Shown here in pieces: positions 1 through 10,646 of a stretch of 64,000 bases of DNA. Made by a program: the position numbers and the translations under genes. The stretch's first letter is position 1; every line of letters begins with the position of its first letter. This DNA comes from Verrucomicrobiota bacterium. GTDB taxonomy: Bacteria; Verrucomicrobiota; Verrucomicrobiia; Limisphaerales; SXTU01. The stretch spans positions 49,931-113,930 of the forward strand of contig JBDKJY010000002.1 of assembly GCA_039796295.1 (NCBI GenBank). The letters are read 5' to 3'. The notes beneath the pieces are model-generated. The model worked only from the letters and a program-made list of their open reading frames with translations, searched no databases and was not told where the DNA came from.

Positions 1-603
1 CGCAAGAAACTTCTCCAACGCCTCCGGCTCGGGGAGCAGGCCGACGAGGTCGAGATGCACGCGGCGGGCGAAGGTGGCGTCGTCCACGAGCTTCGGCGAC
101 GCGGCTTTGCGCTTGGCGAGGTCGGCATCGAGGATGCGGTCAATGGGATTACTTCGGCCCGCGACGATGGGCGGGAGCGTGGGCCGCCGGGGCTTGAGCG
201 GCGGCTCGTAAGCGGGCTTTTTGAAGGCGAAGCCCTCTTCCCACGCCGCACCGGCATCAATCCAGTCGCGGAGCAGCTTCACCTTCTCGGGCGAGAGGCG
301 CGTGCCCTTGGGCGGCATTTGTTTGTCGGGGTCCTTCGTCGTGATGGCCTCGATGAGCCCGGACTTGGCGGCGTTGCCAAGGACGATGGCCTTGCCGCTC
401 TCGCCACCCGCGAGGAGGGACGCGCGGTCATTCAGGCTGAAGCCGCCCTTCTTCTTGTCGCCCGTGTGGCACTCGGCACAGTGCTCGCGAAGGATTGGGA
501 CGATCTGGTGGGAGAAGTCCACCTTGGCAGGCGCGGCGGCGAACGCGGCTGGACTGAGAGTTGCCAGCGCGAGCATTGAGGCGAGACGGGACTTGAACGG
601 CAT
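1..603 (-). CDS. Planctomycete-type cytochrome c / DUF1549 domain protein (5' part; runs off window start)
   Basis: Hand-translated from ATG at 603: signal peptide MPFKSRLASMLALATLSPAAFAA, then VDFSHQIVPILREHCAECH (CxxCH), QMPP..RL, LRDWIDAGA, and NPIDRILDA...RRVHLDLVGLLP typical of DUF1549. Confidence 0.85.
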   Translation of the reverse strand, partial: MPFKSRLASMLALATLSPAAFAAAPAKVDFSHQIVPILREHCAECHTGDKKKGGFSLNDRASLLAGGESGKAIVLGNAAKSGLIEAITTKDPDKQMPPKGTRLSPEKVKLLRDWIDAGAAWEEGFAFKKPAYEPPLKPRRPTLPPIVAGRSNPIDRILDADLAKRKAASPKLVDDATFARRVHLDLVGLLPEPEALEKFLA

Positions 604-708
604 GGCGGAAAGCATTGGGGATTTCAGACGCGGCGACAAGCGGGCTTCCTTCAAAAGCAAACCGGGCAGACGCGCGGCCTGCCCGGTTTGGCGAATGGGG
701 TGACCCCG

Positions 709-1527
709 TTACTGCACTTCGTAGAACATAAGCCACGCACCGATCTGTGAACCGAGGTTAATCTTGTCCTCGTTATACCAACTCACGTGGCCGTCCTCGA
801 ACAGGAAGTCGCCACCTTGCATCATCCCGCTGGTGCCTCGGTGGCTGGTGGTGGAGACCATCTGGCCACCGACGTTCACCTTGAGCGCGGTGATGGTGTA
901 AGGCCTGCCCGTGGGCTGCGGGCCGGGCGTTCCTTGAATCTGGAGCATGTCGCCCACGATGGGCCGGTTGCGGTCGCCGCTGTCGAAGCGGGTGCGAGCC
1001 AACGAGCTGGCCGCCGTGCCAAACGTGACGTGGCCGCCTTCCGGGATCGTCCGGCCGACGAGGTAGAAGTAACCGGAGAGTTCCTGGTGCGGGACATTCG
1101 GGTCGCCGTAGGTCGCGCCCAAGGCCGGTTGGAGGACGAGCTTGTCGTAGGTGCGATGATACTCTCCGGTCGGGCAATAGAGCGGGCTGTTCTTCGTGCT
1201 CGAGGCGTTGGTGTTCGCGGGGAGGAGGTAGCCTTGATAAAACCGCAGCACCGAGGGACCAACCCAACTGACGTGCGCCCCCTGCCCTGGCGCATCCGTC
1301 CCGGGCGGGAACTTGGCCTCGAAGTCTCCTCCGTAAACAGTGAGCGCCACGCCCCACTGCTTGAGGTTGTTCATGCACAGCGCCTTGTTGGCGGAGTTCT
1401 TGGCCTTCGCCAGTGCGGGCAAGAGCATCCCGGCCAAGATGGCAATGATGGCGATGACGACCAGCAGTTCGATGAGAGTGAAGCCAGCGCGGCCAGCGCG
1501 GTGAATCCGATGCGTTTGCGTAAGCAT
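709..1527 (-). CDS. Prepilin-type N-terminal cleavage/methylation domain protein with C-terminal H-X9-DG motif
   Basis: [35 protein letters not shown]-terminal H...[11 protein letters not shown]. Confidence 0.9.
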   Translation of the reverse strand: MLTQTHRIHRAGRAGFTLIELLVVIAIIAILAGMLLPALAKAKNSANKALCMNNLKQWGVALTVYGGDFEAKFPPGTDAPGQGAHVSWVGPSVLRFYQGYLLPANTNASSTKNSPLYCPTGEYHRTYDKLVLQPALGATYGDPNVPHQELSGYFYLVGRTIPEGGHVTFGTAASSLARTRFDSGDRNRPIVGDMLQIQGTPGPQPTGRPYTITALKVNVGGQMVSTTSHRGTSGMMQGGDFLFEDGHVSWYNEDKINLGSQIGAWLMFYEVQ

Positions 1528-1623
1528 GATGACGGTTGGTTTGGTTTTGTGGACGGGCGCACGCTAGCACTCGTGCAGTGCCTGTCGAGAAGGGAGTCCG
1601 AGCTGCCGCGCCACCGCAGCCGG

Positions 1624-3024
1624 TCAACTCTCCTTGGCCCAGAGACGGAAAAATTTCTTCTCCGTGCGCTCCGGGTGGAGCCGCGTCTCGCAGGCCGGGC
1701 ACAATACTTCCGGCGGGGAGCCAGGGCCTTGCTGCTGAAGGTATTGCTCGAAGCTCCCCCAAGTCCCACCAGGCAAATGCACATGTCGGCACGCGTGGCA
1801 GGTGGGCACGAGCGCGGTGACCGCGCGGTGACGGGCCAGCAAAGCGGTGTGGTCCCGCTGCAACTGCTCCTGCGCCGCGACTTCACGTTGCTGGTCGGAC
1901 AGGTCGCGCGCGTAGGCCGTGAAAAGCGGCTGCCCGGTGACCGGCACGAGGCTGAAGCTAAGCTCCATCGGAAACTCCGTGCCGTCCACGTGCTGACCGG
2001 TGACCCGTTGCCGGCGACCGAGGAAGTCACCCGTCGCAGCGGCCAGGTATTGCTTGAGCTGCTGCTGGTGCGCCATGCGGCTCGCCGGGGCCAGCAGCGC
2101 ATCCACGAAGGGCAGCCCGATCGCCTCAAACCGTGCCCGACCAAAGATGCGCTCCGCCGCCGGGTTGAACTCCTGGATCACGCCCTCGTGGTCCACGGTG
2201 ATGATGGCGTCGAGCGCCGCCTCGAGCACGGCGCGCTTCTGGGCCTCGCTCAGACGCAGCGCGGCCTCGCGGCACTTCTCATCCTCGATGTCGGTGAAGG
2301 TGCCGAACCATTGGCGCTGGCCATTCGCACCGGTGAGCGGCACGGCGCGAGCGAGATGCCAGCGCAACCCTTGGTCCGCCCCGCGCGCCAGCCGACACTC
2401 GATCTCGAAGGGCGCGCCCAAGGTCACCGCGCGTTCCCAAGCCGTCGTGAAGCTCACTTGGTCCAACGGGTGTAGCGCGGCCAGCCAGCCGTAGCCCAGC
2501 CCGCGCGAGATGCTCAGGCCGGTGTAGCGCACCCACTCCGCGTTGAAGAACAGGGCCTGGCCCACGTGGTCGCTGGTCCACACCTTTTGCGGAATGGCCT
2601 GCGTGAGCGTGCGGTAGCGGGCTTCGCTCTCCTTCAGGCGACGATCAATGTCGTGCTTGTAGAGCGTGACCTCGATGGTGGACCGGAGTTCGTGGAAGGA
2701 GAAGGGCTTGGTGAGGTAGCCGTAAGGCCCGGTCGCGACCGCCGCCGACACAGTCTCATCCAGCACATCGCCAGTGGCGTAAATCACCGCCGCGTCGCAG
2801 AAGTTGGCGATCTCCCGAGCCGCCTCAATGCCCGTGGTGTCACCGTCCAAATGCACGTCCATCAGGATCAGTTCCGGGGCCAGCTCGCGTGCGAGCCGGA
2901 CTGCGTCCGCCGCCGTCCGCGCCACGCCGGCGACGGTGTAGCCCGCGCGGCGGAGTTCTATCTGAACGATTTCCGCCACCGGAGCTTCGTCTTCCACCAC
3001 CAGGACACGGATGGGTTGCTTCAT
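1624..3024 (-). CDS. Response regulator receiver + two PAS domains + C-terminal Cys4 zinc-ribbon-like domain
   Basis: Start MKQPIRVLVVEDE; LILMDVHL and YLTKPF receiver motifs; PAS3 (HPLD, WFGTFTDI) and PAS (FNPAAERIFG); CHAC...CPAC tail. Confidence 0.85.
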   Translation of the reverse strand: MKQPIRVLVVEDEAPVAEIVQIELRRAGYTVAGVARTAADAVRLARELAPELILMDVHLDGDTTGIEAAREIANFCDAAVIYATGDVLDETVSAAVATGPYGYLTKPFSFHELRSTIEVTLYKHDIDRRLKESEARYRTLTQAIPQKVWTSDHVGQALFFNAEWVRYTGLSISRGLGYGWLAALHPLDQVSFTTAWERAVTLGAPFEIECRLARGADQGLRWHLARAVPLTGANGQRQWFGTFTDIEDEKCREAALRLSEAQKRAVLEAALDAIITVDHEGVIQEFNPAAERIFGRARFEAIGLPFVDALLAPASRMAHQQQLKQYLAAATGDFLGRRQRVTGQHVDGTEFPMELSFSLVPVTGQPLFTAYARDLSDQQREVAAQEQLQRDHTALLARHRAVTALVPTCHACRHVHLPGGTWGSFEQYLQQQGPGSPPEVLCPACETRLHPERTEKKFFRLWAKES

Positions 3025-3103
3025 ATGCGTGTGAGAGCGTGCTGTGGCGGACCCTAGCGAAGCGTCCGGGCGGAAGGCCAGCTTTAGGTGCGCTTCCGGT
3101 GAG

Positions 3104-3209
3104 GGAGCGCGGGGCTGTGACCTGCAGCGATTCGCGACGCCCCGCCACGGTGGCCATGACCGGCGGGCTCGGCGGGCGCAAGCCACTGCGGGTTACAAAC
3201 CCGCGCGCC
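3104..3209. repeat. REP-like inverted pair (GGAGCGCGG family)
   Basis: ggagcgcggggctgtgacctgcag ... ctgcgggttacaaacccgcgcgcc, intergenic; related copies near 52333, 53711 and 54973. Confidence 0.6.
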
Positions 3210-3237
3210 AGGGGCGACAACAGGCCTTGCCCCACCC

Positions 3238-4947
3238 TCACGGCCTGCCCACCTCGTAATAGCGCCGCAACTCCGCCGCACTGAACGGCCGCACGGCCAC
3301 GACCAACTCATCCACCGCGCCGAAGAAACCGTAGCTCACCCCCTGGCGCGCCTCGGCATCGGTGACGCTGAGATTGCCGAGCGAGAGGTGCGTGAGCGCG
3401 AGCGGTGGACCGGGCGGAAGCTGGTGCCGCGCGACGGGCAGGCCATTCACGAAGTGCAGCAACTCCCCGCGCCCCGCATCGAGGACAGTGGCGAGACAAA
3501 GCCATTGGCCAAGGCGCTCCGGCGTTAACAGCGGCGGGGCCAAGTGCGTGTCCCATTGCGGCCGCCCGGTGCCGATGCCGCGCAGGAGGCTGAGGCCAAG
3601 CTGGCCGTTCGCCTTCAACTCCCAACGGAGCGGCCGCCCACCGCCCGGGTCGAAGCTGGCGGGAGCCACGGCCTTGCCCTCTGGCTCCGCCCGCTCCGTT
3701 TCCTCCGTCATCAACAAGCCGGTGACCGGCTGCGGCAATGCGTCCACGCGCACCCACGCCAGCAACGTCAGCGATGCGTGTGCACCGGGCAGTCGCAACA
3801 ACACGCGTTGCCCGCGCCCGCGAAACTCCAGTCCGCCCTTCCCCGGCCAGCGCCCTTGCGACCAGCGCGCGCCAATGATTTGCCCGTCGCTGCCCGCGCC
3901 GTTACCGCGCACGCGGTTGGTGAGCGAGGCATCGAGCGACGACTGGTCCTCGAAGTTGAAGTGGACGCGCAATGCGGGGTCGCTGTCCAACGCATCCGCC
4001 GCCGCCCGCCATGCCAAGAGCAACCGCGCCGCCTCGGCTTGTTCGCGCGCGCGGACGCGCTCCATCGCGGGAAAATCCTCCGGGCGGAACAGCGTCTCCG
4101 TCAGGCCCGACTCATCCAGACGGCGCGCCTGCTTCGCGGCAATCTGGCTCGTGCCCGCCTCGCCCGTTCGCCCAATCGCCACCTTGCCTTCGAGCGCGTG
4201 CACCTCCTGCTCGCCAGTCTCGCTGACCTTCACGCCGAAGGAGTTGCCCTGATTCACCACCGTCAGGCCGGGTGTCAACAGGCGGAAGCCCAGCGCCTGC
4301 TCGCCGAGTTCGCACGCAACCTTGCCCACGAGCAGAAACGCCTCGCCGGAGGAACGCAGCTCAAGCTCCGCCGGCCCTTCTACGAACAGCCGGGCACCGG
4401 AAAACAAATCAATCTGCACCGTGCCCAGCGCCAGCCGCAGCCAGCCCGCCGGCAGCTCCGCGCCTTCCTGCCGCTCCGGCTCGCCATCAGACCACGCCAC
4501 CTCGACAACGTGCGACAGCACCGCGACCGCAGGGGAACGCACCGCCGCGCCGTTCGCCAGTCGAGCCGACTCGGGGTTGGGCGAACCGTCCGGCTGGCGC
4601 AGAATGAGGAAGATAGCCAGCGCCAACCCAGCCACCCCACCGTAAGCCCACCACGGATTCCAAGTCCGCCGCCGCATCGGCGTGGGCAGCTGCGCCAGCC
4701 GCGCCATGATGGAATCCTCCAAGCCCGGCGCGTCCTCGTGCCCGCCCATCGCCTCCTCCAGCAACGGCCAGCGCGGCTCGGCGGACTGCGCGGCACGCAC
4801 GTAGCCGTGCATCTGAATTTCCTCCACGAACTCCCGGCGGAACGCGCCGTCCGTCCGCAAGCGCTCGATCAGTTCATCGCGGCGGGCGGCGGGCAGCTCC
4901 GCGTTCCGCAGCCACGCCGCGACCAGGTCTTGAAGGTCCTGCTCCAT
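3238..4947 (-). CDS. FecR-like anti-sigma factor with C-terminal LamG/ConA-like domain
   Basis: Start MEQDLQDL overlaps the sigma stop (TGATG); one TM helix; FecR-like GARLFVEGPAEL; LamG GRWPGKGGLEF, AWVRVD, FFGAVDEL. Confidence 0.85.
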   Translation of the reverse strand: MEQDLQDLVAAWLRNAELPAARRDELIERLRTDGAFRREFVEEIQMHGYVRAAQSAEPRWPLLEEAMGGHEDAPGLEDSIMARLAQLPTPMRRRTWNPWWAYGGVAGLALAIFLILRQPDGSPNPESARLANGAAVRSPAVAVLSHVVEVAWSDGEPERQEGAELPAGWLRLALGTVQIDLFSGARLFVEGPAELELRSSGEAFLLVGKVACELGEQALGFRLLTPGLTVVNQGNSFGVKVSETGEQEVHALEGKVAIGRTGEAGTSQIAAKQARRLDESGLTETLFRPEDFPAMERVRAREQAEAARLLLAWRAAADALDSDPALRVHFNFEDQSSLDASLTNRVRGNGAGSDGQIIGARWSQGRWPGKGGLEFRGRGQRVLLRLPGAHASLTLLAWVRVDALPQPVTGLLMTEETERAEPEGKAVAPASFDPGGGRPLRWELKANGQLGLSLLRGIGTGRPQWDTHLAPPLLTPERLGQWLCLATVLDAGRGELLHFVNGLPVARHQLPPGPPLALTHLSLGNLSVTDAEARQGVSYGFFGAVDELVVAVRPFSAAELRRYYEVGRP

Positions 4948-5507
4948 CACACGCCCTTCCGCGCCATGCACTCGCGCAGCAGCTTGTGCGCGCGGTGATT
5001 CGTGACGTAAACGACGGCGACCGACGACTGCATGGCCTCCGCGAGCGCCTGCGCCTTCTGGCCTTCCAGCCCGCCTTGAATGATGTGCCGCATCTTGTCC
5101 GGCAGCTTGCTGATGCAGCGCAGCAACCGCGCCAGCTGCTCCTCCTCGACGGCGAGCGCCGCCGTCTCCAAGTCCGCCTCGACCACCTCGCTGACCGCGA
5201 AGCGGAAGCGTTCCATCGCGTTCTCGCGCCGCATCCGGGTGCGGAAATACATCTTCACCTTGTTGCGCGCGATGCCCCGCAGCCACGCGCCGAACTCGTC
5301 GCCCTTGCGGAAGGAACCGAGGCTCTCGAACGCCGCGAGGAACACGTCCTGCGCGAGGTCATCCACGTCATCCAAATGGTAAAGCTGGCTGGCCAGGAAC
5401 CCGCGCACGCCCAATCCATACTCGCGAACGATGAGCCGGAAGGCATCGCGATGCCCGGCCAGCACCTCGTCAATCGCGGCGTGCAGCGCGTCTGTGTCGT
5501 GGTCCAT
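4947..5507 (-). CDS. ECF RNA polymerase sigma-70 factor
   Basis: DDLAQDVFLAAF, FGAWLRGIARN, C-terminal HTH ending HRAHKLLRECM; coupled to the FecR-like gene. Confidence 0.9.
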   Translation of the reverse strand: MDHDTDALHAAIDEVLAGHRDAFRLIVREYGLGVRGFLASQLYHLDDVDDLAQDVFLAAFESLGSFRKGDEFGAWLRGIARNKVKMYFRTRMRRENAMERFRFAVSEVVEADLETAALAVEEEQLARLLRCISKLPDKMRHIIQGGLEGQKAQALAEAMQSSVAVVYVTNHRAHKLLRECMARKGV

Positions 5508-5586
5508 TCGCGGAGAGTTTGCCGGAGGGTGCGGAAACTTACACGCGCAGAAACACCGGAGTGCGGACGTGGGCGCCCGCGCTCCG

Positions 5587-6321
5587 CTACTTCCCCTGCC
5601 CCGCCGGCACCAATGTGACGCTCACCTCCACCACGGTTTCCTGCGGCGGCACGGCCTCGTCGCGCACCACCCAAGTGTCATCCGCATCCCGGTTCGGGCG
5701 CGGGTTGTTGAAGACCGCGTCCGGGTCCGTGATGAGGGCGATGAGGGAGCCTTCCGTCTGCGCCACGAACTTGCCCTGCCACAGCCGCGAGCCGGTGAAG
5801 GTGAACTCGCCCTTCGGCATCGGCTCCTTCGCGCGCTTGTTGAAGACCAGTTCCTCCAAACGCCGCCGCTGCACCTTGCCGCCCTGCGTCCACGTCACTT
5901 CAATCAACACCGGCTCGCCCGGCAGCGGCGGGTTTCGCACCGTGCCTTGCGTGATAGGACCGCCGGACGGGGCGTTGGTGAGGGCGGAGGCTTGCATTCC
6001 CTGCGCGCCCAGCAGCAGCATCGCAACCTGCAAGTGCTGCGCCTCGATGTCCGTGGCGAGCACGCTCTCGTGCGTTTTGCCAGCCGTGGTGACGAGTAGG
6101 TATTCGAGCGGCCCGTTAGTCATGTTGAGCTTGGCCGGGAAGGACACCCGCCGCGCCGCCTTCTCCAGCTTCACGCCGCCGACTTGGAAAATACCGGTGG
6201 AGACTTCGCGAATCGTCGGGGGTGCGGGGGGCTTCGCCTCAGGCAAGCCCGGTGGCTGCTGCGCCGCAGCGGAAGCCGCGAGCGCCAGCAGCAGGAACCA
6301 GAGAGTGAATGAGCGGTTCAT
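5587..6321 (-). CDS. Secreted YdjY-domain protein
   Basis: Signal peptide; GPLEYLLVT..GKTHESVL, LLLG, FTFTGS motifs. Confidence 0.7.
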   Translation of the reverse strand: MNRSFTLWFLLLALAASAAAQQPPGLPEAKPPAPPTIREVSTGIFQVGGVKLEKAARRVSFPAKLNMTNGPLEYLLVTTAGKTHESVLATDIEAQHLQVAMLLLGAQGMQASALTNAPSGGPITQGTVRNPPLPGEPVLIEVTWTQGGKVQRRRLEELVFNKRAKEPMPKGEFTFTGSRLWQGKFVAQTEGSLIALITDPDAVFNNPRPNRDADDTWVVRDEAVPPQETVVEVSVTLVPAGQGK

Positions 6322-6380
6322 CAGTCGGATGCGCTCACGCTACGCAGCCCCTCGCCGAAGGCGAGCGATTCCTCCGCCCG

Positions 6381-6524
6381 GTAGGGCGAGACTCCGTCGA
6401 GCCCCATTTGCCGACGCAGGAGGCGCGAGCGCAGCGAGCATCTCGGTCGGACGCACCGGCCCGGGAAACTCGCTGCGCTCGCCTCGCTACGCTCGAGATG
6501 GGGTTCGACGGAGTCTCACCCTAC
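6381..6524. repeat. GTAG-type REP inverted pair (BIME-like)
   Basis: gtagggcgagactccgtcgagccc (6381-6404) and near reverse complement gggttcgacggagtctcaccctac (6501-6524). Confidence 0.75.
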
Positions 6525-6593
6525 CAGTTCCGCAGTTGCGCCCACCGCAAGCCGCCTTCACGATTTCGCCCGTTGCAAACGTCCATCTCCACC

Positions 6594-9569
6594 ATGCGCA
6601 ATAGTCTCTGCCTGCTCCTCGTCGCGTTCACCGCCGCGCTCCCCGCGTCGCGCGCCCAAGACGCCGCCAAGGAAGCCCAGTTTCTCACCAACACCCGCCA
6701 GCTCATTTACGAGGGTCGCCGCAGCGGCGAAGGCTACTTCAGCGCCGATGGCAAGTTCCTCGTATTCCAAAGCGAGCGCGAGGCGGACAATCCCTTCTAC
6801 CAAATCTATCTGCTCAACTTGGAGTCCGGCGACGTGAACCGTGTCTCCCCCGGCACCGGCAAGACCACCTGCGCCTTCCTCCGCCCCGGCAGCGACGACG
6901 TGCTCTTCGCCAGCACGCACACGGACCCCGAGGCCAAGACCAAGCAGAAGGCCGAACTCGACTTCCGCGCCGCCGGCAAGTCCCGCCGCTACGCCTGGGA
7001 CTACGACGACCGCATGGAACTCTTCGTGTCCAAGCGCGATGGCTCGCAAGTCCGCCGCCTCACCGACGCTCCCGGCTACGACGCCGAGGGCAGCTACTCG
7101 CCGGACGGCAAGCTCATCGTCTTCTGCTCACTGCGCCACGCCTACGCCGCCCCGCTCTCGCCCGAGGACAAGAAGAAGCTCGAGGTGGACACCGCCTACT
7201 TCGGCGACATCTACCTCATGAACGCCGACGGCTCGAATGTCCGCCGCCTCACCAGCACGCCCGGCTACGATGGCGGCCCGTTCTTCTCGCCCGACGGCCA
7301 GCGCGTCATCTGGCGGCGCTTCAACGAGAAGGGCGACACGGCGGACGTTTACACCATGAAGCTCGACGGATCCGATGTGCGCCGCCTCACCGACTTCGGC
7401 GCGATGTCCTGGGCGCCCTACTTCCACCCCTCCGGCCAATACGTCATCTACACCGCGAACAAGCTCGGCTTCGCGAACTTCGAGTTGTTCCTCGTGGACG
7501 CGCTCGGCGCGAAGGAACCCGTGCGCGTGACCTACACCGACGGCTTCGACGGTCTCCCAGTCTTCTCCCCCGACGGCAAGAAGCTCGCGTGGACCAGCGG
7601 CCGCACGCCGGAGAAGAACTCGCAACTCTTCATGGCGGATTGGAATCACGCGGGGGCGCTGGCGGCATTGGAGAAGGCAGCGAAGCGGAGCGCGGCAAGT
7701 AATCAGTCATTGGTAATTAGTGCTAAGTCCGAATCCCAAGTGCGCGTCGGCCCAGTCACCAACACCGAGCCGCCGAAGAACCTGCCGAGGCTTCAAGGCT
7801 ACCTCCCCGACATCCGCGAGCAGGACCTGCGCAACCAAGTCGGATTCCTCGCGAGCGAGGACCTCGAGGGCCGCCTCACCGGCACGCCCGGCGCGCAGAA
7901 GGCCGCCGCCTACATCGCCGAATACTTCAAACTCGTGGGCTTGGCACCGCTCCCGTCCGCCACCGACTTCTTTCAGCCCTTCGAGTTCAGCTCCGGCGTC
8001 CGCGTGCTGACGAACCAGAACACTGCTTCGCTCCGCGCTACCACCAACGCCGCGCCCGCTGCGCTCACGCTGGACAAGGACTTCCGCCCGCTCGCCTTCA
8101 CCGCGAACGGCACCATCGAGGGCGATGTGGTCTTCGCCGGCTACGGACTTTCCGTCCCCGGCAAGATGGGCGAGGGCTACGACTCCTACTCAGGTCTCGA
8201 CGTGTCCAACAAAGTTGTCCTCGTCCTGCGCTACGTGCCCGAGGAGGCCGAACCCAAGCGCCGCCAAGAGCTGAACCGCTACGCCGGCCTGCGCTACAAG
8301 GCCCTCATCGCGCGCAATCGCGGCGCGAAGGCGTTGCTCGTCGTCACCGGTCCCACCTCGCCGAACCCCGGCGAGCTGGCGCGGCTCACCTTCGAGAGCG
8401 GCGCGAGCCACAGCGGCATCGTGTGCGCCAGCATCACCGGCGACGTGGCGGCGAAGATGTTCACTGCGGCGGGCAAGGACTTGAAGAAGACCCAGGCCGC
8501 GCTCGACAAGGAAGACCCGCACGCGGAAGGAGCCTTCCCCCTCAAGAACGTCGCCGTGAAGCTCACCGCCGCCGTCGAGCACGTGAAGAAGTCGGACCGC
8601 AACGTCCTCGCGCACATCCTGCCCGTGGGCACCAAAGAGTATGTCATCGTCGGCGCGCACTACGACCACCTCGGTCACGGCGAGACCGGCGGCTTCGCGC
8701 GCAAGGACGAGGAAGGCAAAGTCCACCCCGGCGCAGACGACAACGCCTCCGGCACCGCCGCGCTGCTGGAGTTGGCCGGAGCGATTTCGGCCCAAGCGGG
8801 CTTGGAGAAGACGGGCTTCCGCCGCGGCATCCTCTTCGCCGCATGGTCCGGCGAGGAAGTCGGTTTGATTGGCTCCTCACACTTCGCCGAGCACTCGCCG
8901 GTCGCGCTCTCGAACGTCGTCGCCTACGTGAACTTCGACATGGTGGGCCGCCTCCGCGACAACAAGCTGAACCTCCAGGGCATCGGCTCCTCGCCCGCAT
9001 GGCGCAAGCTCATCGAGAAGCGCAACGTCGCCGCCGGCTTCAACCTCACGTTGCAGGAAGATCCGTATCTGCCCACCGACACCACGCCGTTCTACCCGAA
9101 GAACGTCCCGGTCATCGCCTTCTTCACCGGTAGCCACGAGGAGTATCACCGCCCCGCCGACAAGCCCGACACGCTCAACTACGACGGCCTTGAACGCATC
9201 GCGAAGTTCGCCCGCGCCCTCCTCACCGACCTCGCCACCGGCCCCGAGCGCCCCGCCTACGCGAAGGTTGAAAAGCGCGACGGTGGCGGCGGACGCGAGC
9301 AGCTTCGCGCCTACCTCGGCACCATCCCCGATTACGCGCAGGAAGTGGCCGGCGTGAAACTCAGTGGCACTCGCGGCGGCAGCCCCGCCGAAAAGGCCGG
9401 ACTAAAAGGCGGCGACATCATCGTTGAATTCGCCGGGCAGAAGATTGCGAACATCTACGACTACACCTACGCGATGGACGCCGTGAAAATTGGCCAGCCC
9501 GTGAAAGTCGTCGTCCTCCGCGACGGGAAACGCGTGGAACTCATCGCCACACCAGCAACGCGGAAGTGA
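6594..9569 (+). CDS. M28 family aminopeptidase with N-terminal PD40 (TolB-like) beta-propeller, PA and PDZ domains
   Basis: Signal peptide; repeated FSPDG; GAHYDHLG, GADDNASG, WSGEEVG, NFDMVG, YHRPAD; C-terminal YLGTIPD...SPAEKAGL..GD. Confidence 0.92.
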   Translation: MRNSLCLLLVAFTAALPASRAQDAAKEAQFLTNTRQLIYEGRRSGEGYFSADGKFLVFQSEREADNPFYQIYLLNLESGDVNRVSPGTGKTTCAFLRPGSDDVLFASTHTDPEAKTKQKAELDFRAAGKSRRYAWDYDDRMELFVSKRDGSQVRRLTDAPGYDAEGSYSPDGKLIVFCSLRHAYAAPLSPEDKKKLEVDTAYFGDIYLMNADGSNVRRLTSTPGYDGGPFFSPDGQRVIWRRFNEKGDTADVYTMKLDGSDVRRLTDFGAMSWAPYFHPSGQYVIYTANKLGFANFELFLVDALGAKEPVRVTYTDGFDGLPVFSPDGKKLAWTSGRTPEKNSQLFMADWNHAGALAALEKAAKRSAASNQSLVISAKSESQVRVGPVTNTEPPKNLPRLQGYLPDIREQDLRNQVGFLASEDLEGRLTGTPGAQKAAAYIAEYFKLVGLAPLPSATDFFQPFEFSSGVRVLTNQNTASLRATTNAAPAALTLDKDFRPLAFTANGTIEGDVVFAGYGLSVPGKMGEGYDSYSGLDVSNKVVLVLRYVPEEAEPKRRQELNRYAGLRYKALIARNRGAKALLVVTGPTSPNPGELARLTFESGASHSGIVCASITGDVAAKMFTAAGKDLKKTQAALDKEDPHAEGAFPLKNVAVKLTAAVEHVKKSDRNVLAHILPVGTKEYVIVGAHYDHLGHGETGGFARKDEEGKVHPGADDNASGTAALLELAGAISAQAGLEKTGFRRGILFAAWSGEEVGLIGSSHFAEHSPVALSNVVAYVNFDMVGRLRDNKLNLQGIGSSPAWRKLIEKRNVAAGFNLTLQEDPYLPTDTTPFYPKNVPVIAFFTGSHEEYHRPADKPDTLNYDGLERIAKFARALLTDLATGPERPAYAKVEKRDGGGGREQLRAYLGTIPDYAQEVAGVKLSGTRGGSPAEKAGLKGGDIIVEFAGQKIANIYDYTYAMDAVKIGQPVKVVVLRDGKRVELIATPATRK

Positions 9570-9636
9570 CCTCCGCAATAGTCAGCAGCAAAAGTTCCTT
9601 GTCCCTCACCGCCTGACCCGCTAACCAAACCGCGCC

Positions 9637-10389
9637 ATGAACCAACTCGACTTGAAGGGTAAGAACGGAATCGTCACCGGCGGCGCGCGCGGCATCGGCT
9701 TCGCCATCGCCACGCGCCTGCTCCAGTCCGGCGCGCGCGTTTGCCTGTGGGACCGCGACGCCGAGGCGTTGAAGGAGGCGCAGGGGCAGCTCTCCGCGCT
9801 TGGCACAGTCGCTACGCAGACGGTGGACTTGACCAATCCGGACGCCGTGTCCGCCGCCGCCGCCGCCACGCAACAGGAGTTCGGCTCCATCCAGTTACTC
9901 GTCAACAACGCGGGCATCGCCGGGGTGAACGGCAAGTTGTGGGAACTCACGCCGGAGCAATGGCTCCCCGTGGTAAACACCAACCTCAACGCGGTCTTCT
10001 ACGTCTGCCGCGCCGTCGTCCCCCTCATGCGCGAGCACCGCTACGGACGCATCGTCAACATCGCCAGCATCGCCGGCAAAGAAGGCAACCCCACCGCCTC
10101 GCACTACAGCGCCGCCAAGGCCGGGGTCATCGCCCTCACCAAGTCGCTCGGCAAAGAACTGGCGCAAGAAGGCATCCTAGTGAACTGCATCACCCCGGCA
10201 GTCATCCAGACGGACATCCTCAAGCAGTGTGCGCAATACCACATTGACTACATGCTCTCGAAGATTCCGATGGGCCGCTTCGGCAAGGTGGACGAGGCCG
10301 CCGCACTCGTGGCGTGGTTGTGCTCAGAGGACTGCTCGTTCACTACTGGCGGCGTGTTCGACCTGTCTGGTGGTCGGGCGACGTATTGA
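9637..10389 (+). CDS. Short-chain dehydrogenase/reductase (FabG-like)
   Basis: TGGARGIG, NNAG, YSAAK. Confidence 0.92.
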   Translation: MNQLDLKGKNGIVTGGARGIGFAIATRLLQSGARVCLWDRDAEALKEAQGQLSALGTVATQTVDLTNPDAVSAAAAATQQEFGSIQLLVNNAGIAGVNGKLWELTPEQWLPVVNTNLNAVFYVCRAVVPLMREHRYGRIVNIASIAGKEGNPTASHYSAAKAGVIALTKSLGKELAQEGILVNCITPAVIQTDILKQCAQYHIDYMLSKIPMGRFGKVDEAAALVAWLCSEDCSFTTGGVFDLSGGRATY

Positions 10390-10427
10390 GCGGGGAAGCC
10401 CGGGTGCGGCCCGGCAGCAGCCGGGGA

Positions 10428-10530
10428 AAAGCGGCGCTGAAGCCGCCGCAGTCCAAACGCTGGCGCGACCACCGCACGGCCACGAGCCTCGCGGGGCTTC
10501 TGGATTACGCTGGCTTCAGCACCGCTTCGC
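10428..10530. repeat. REP-like inverted pair
   Basis: aaagcggcgctgaagccgccgcagtccaaa ... ctggattacgctggcttcagcaccgctt. Confidence 0.6.
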
Positions 10531-10646
10531 CCGCATTCACGCGCTGACTTGCGCCATCGCTAGGCCGGGCCGACACAGGGTTTGACATCATTTGCTGATG
10601 GAGGCTTAGTCCCCAGCGAAAGCAACCCACCAACCAACGAAAGGCT

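Noticed and set aside
787-2475. Long antisense ORFs (also 16903-18504, 42322-43812, 59631-61778 and others)
   Set aside because: Shadow frames of well-supported genes on the opposite strand, expected at high GC.
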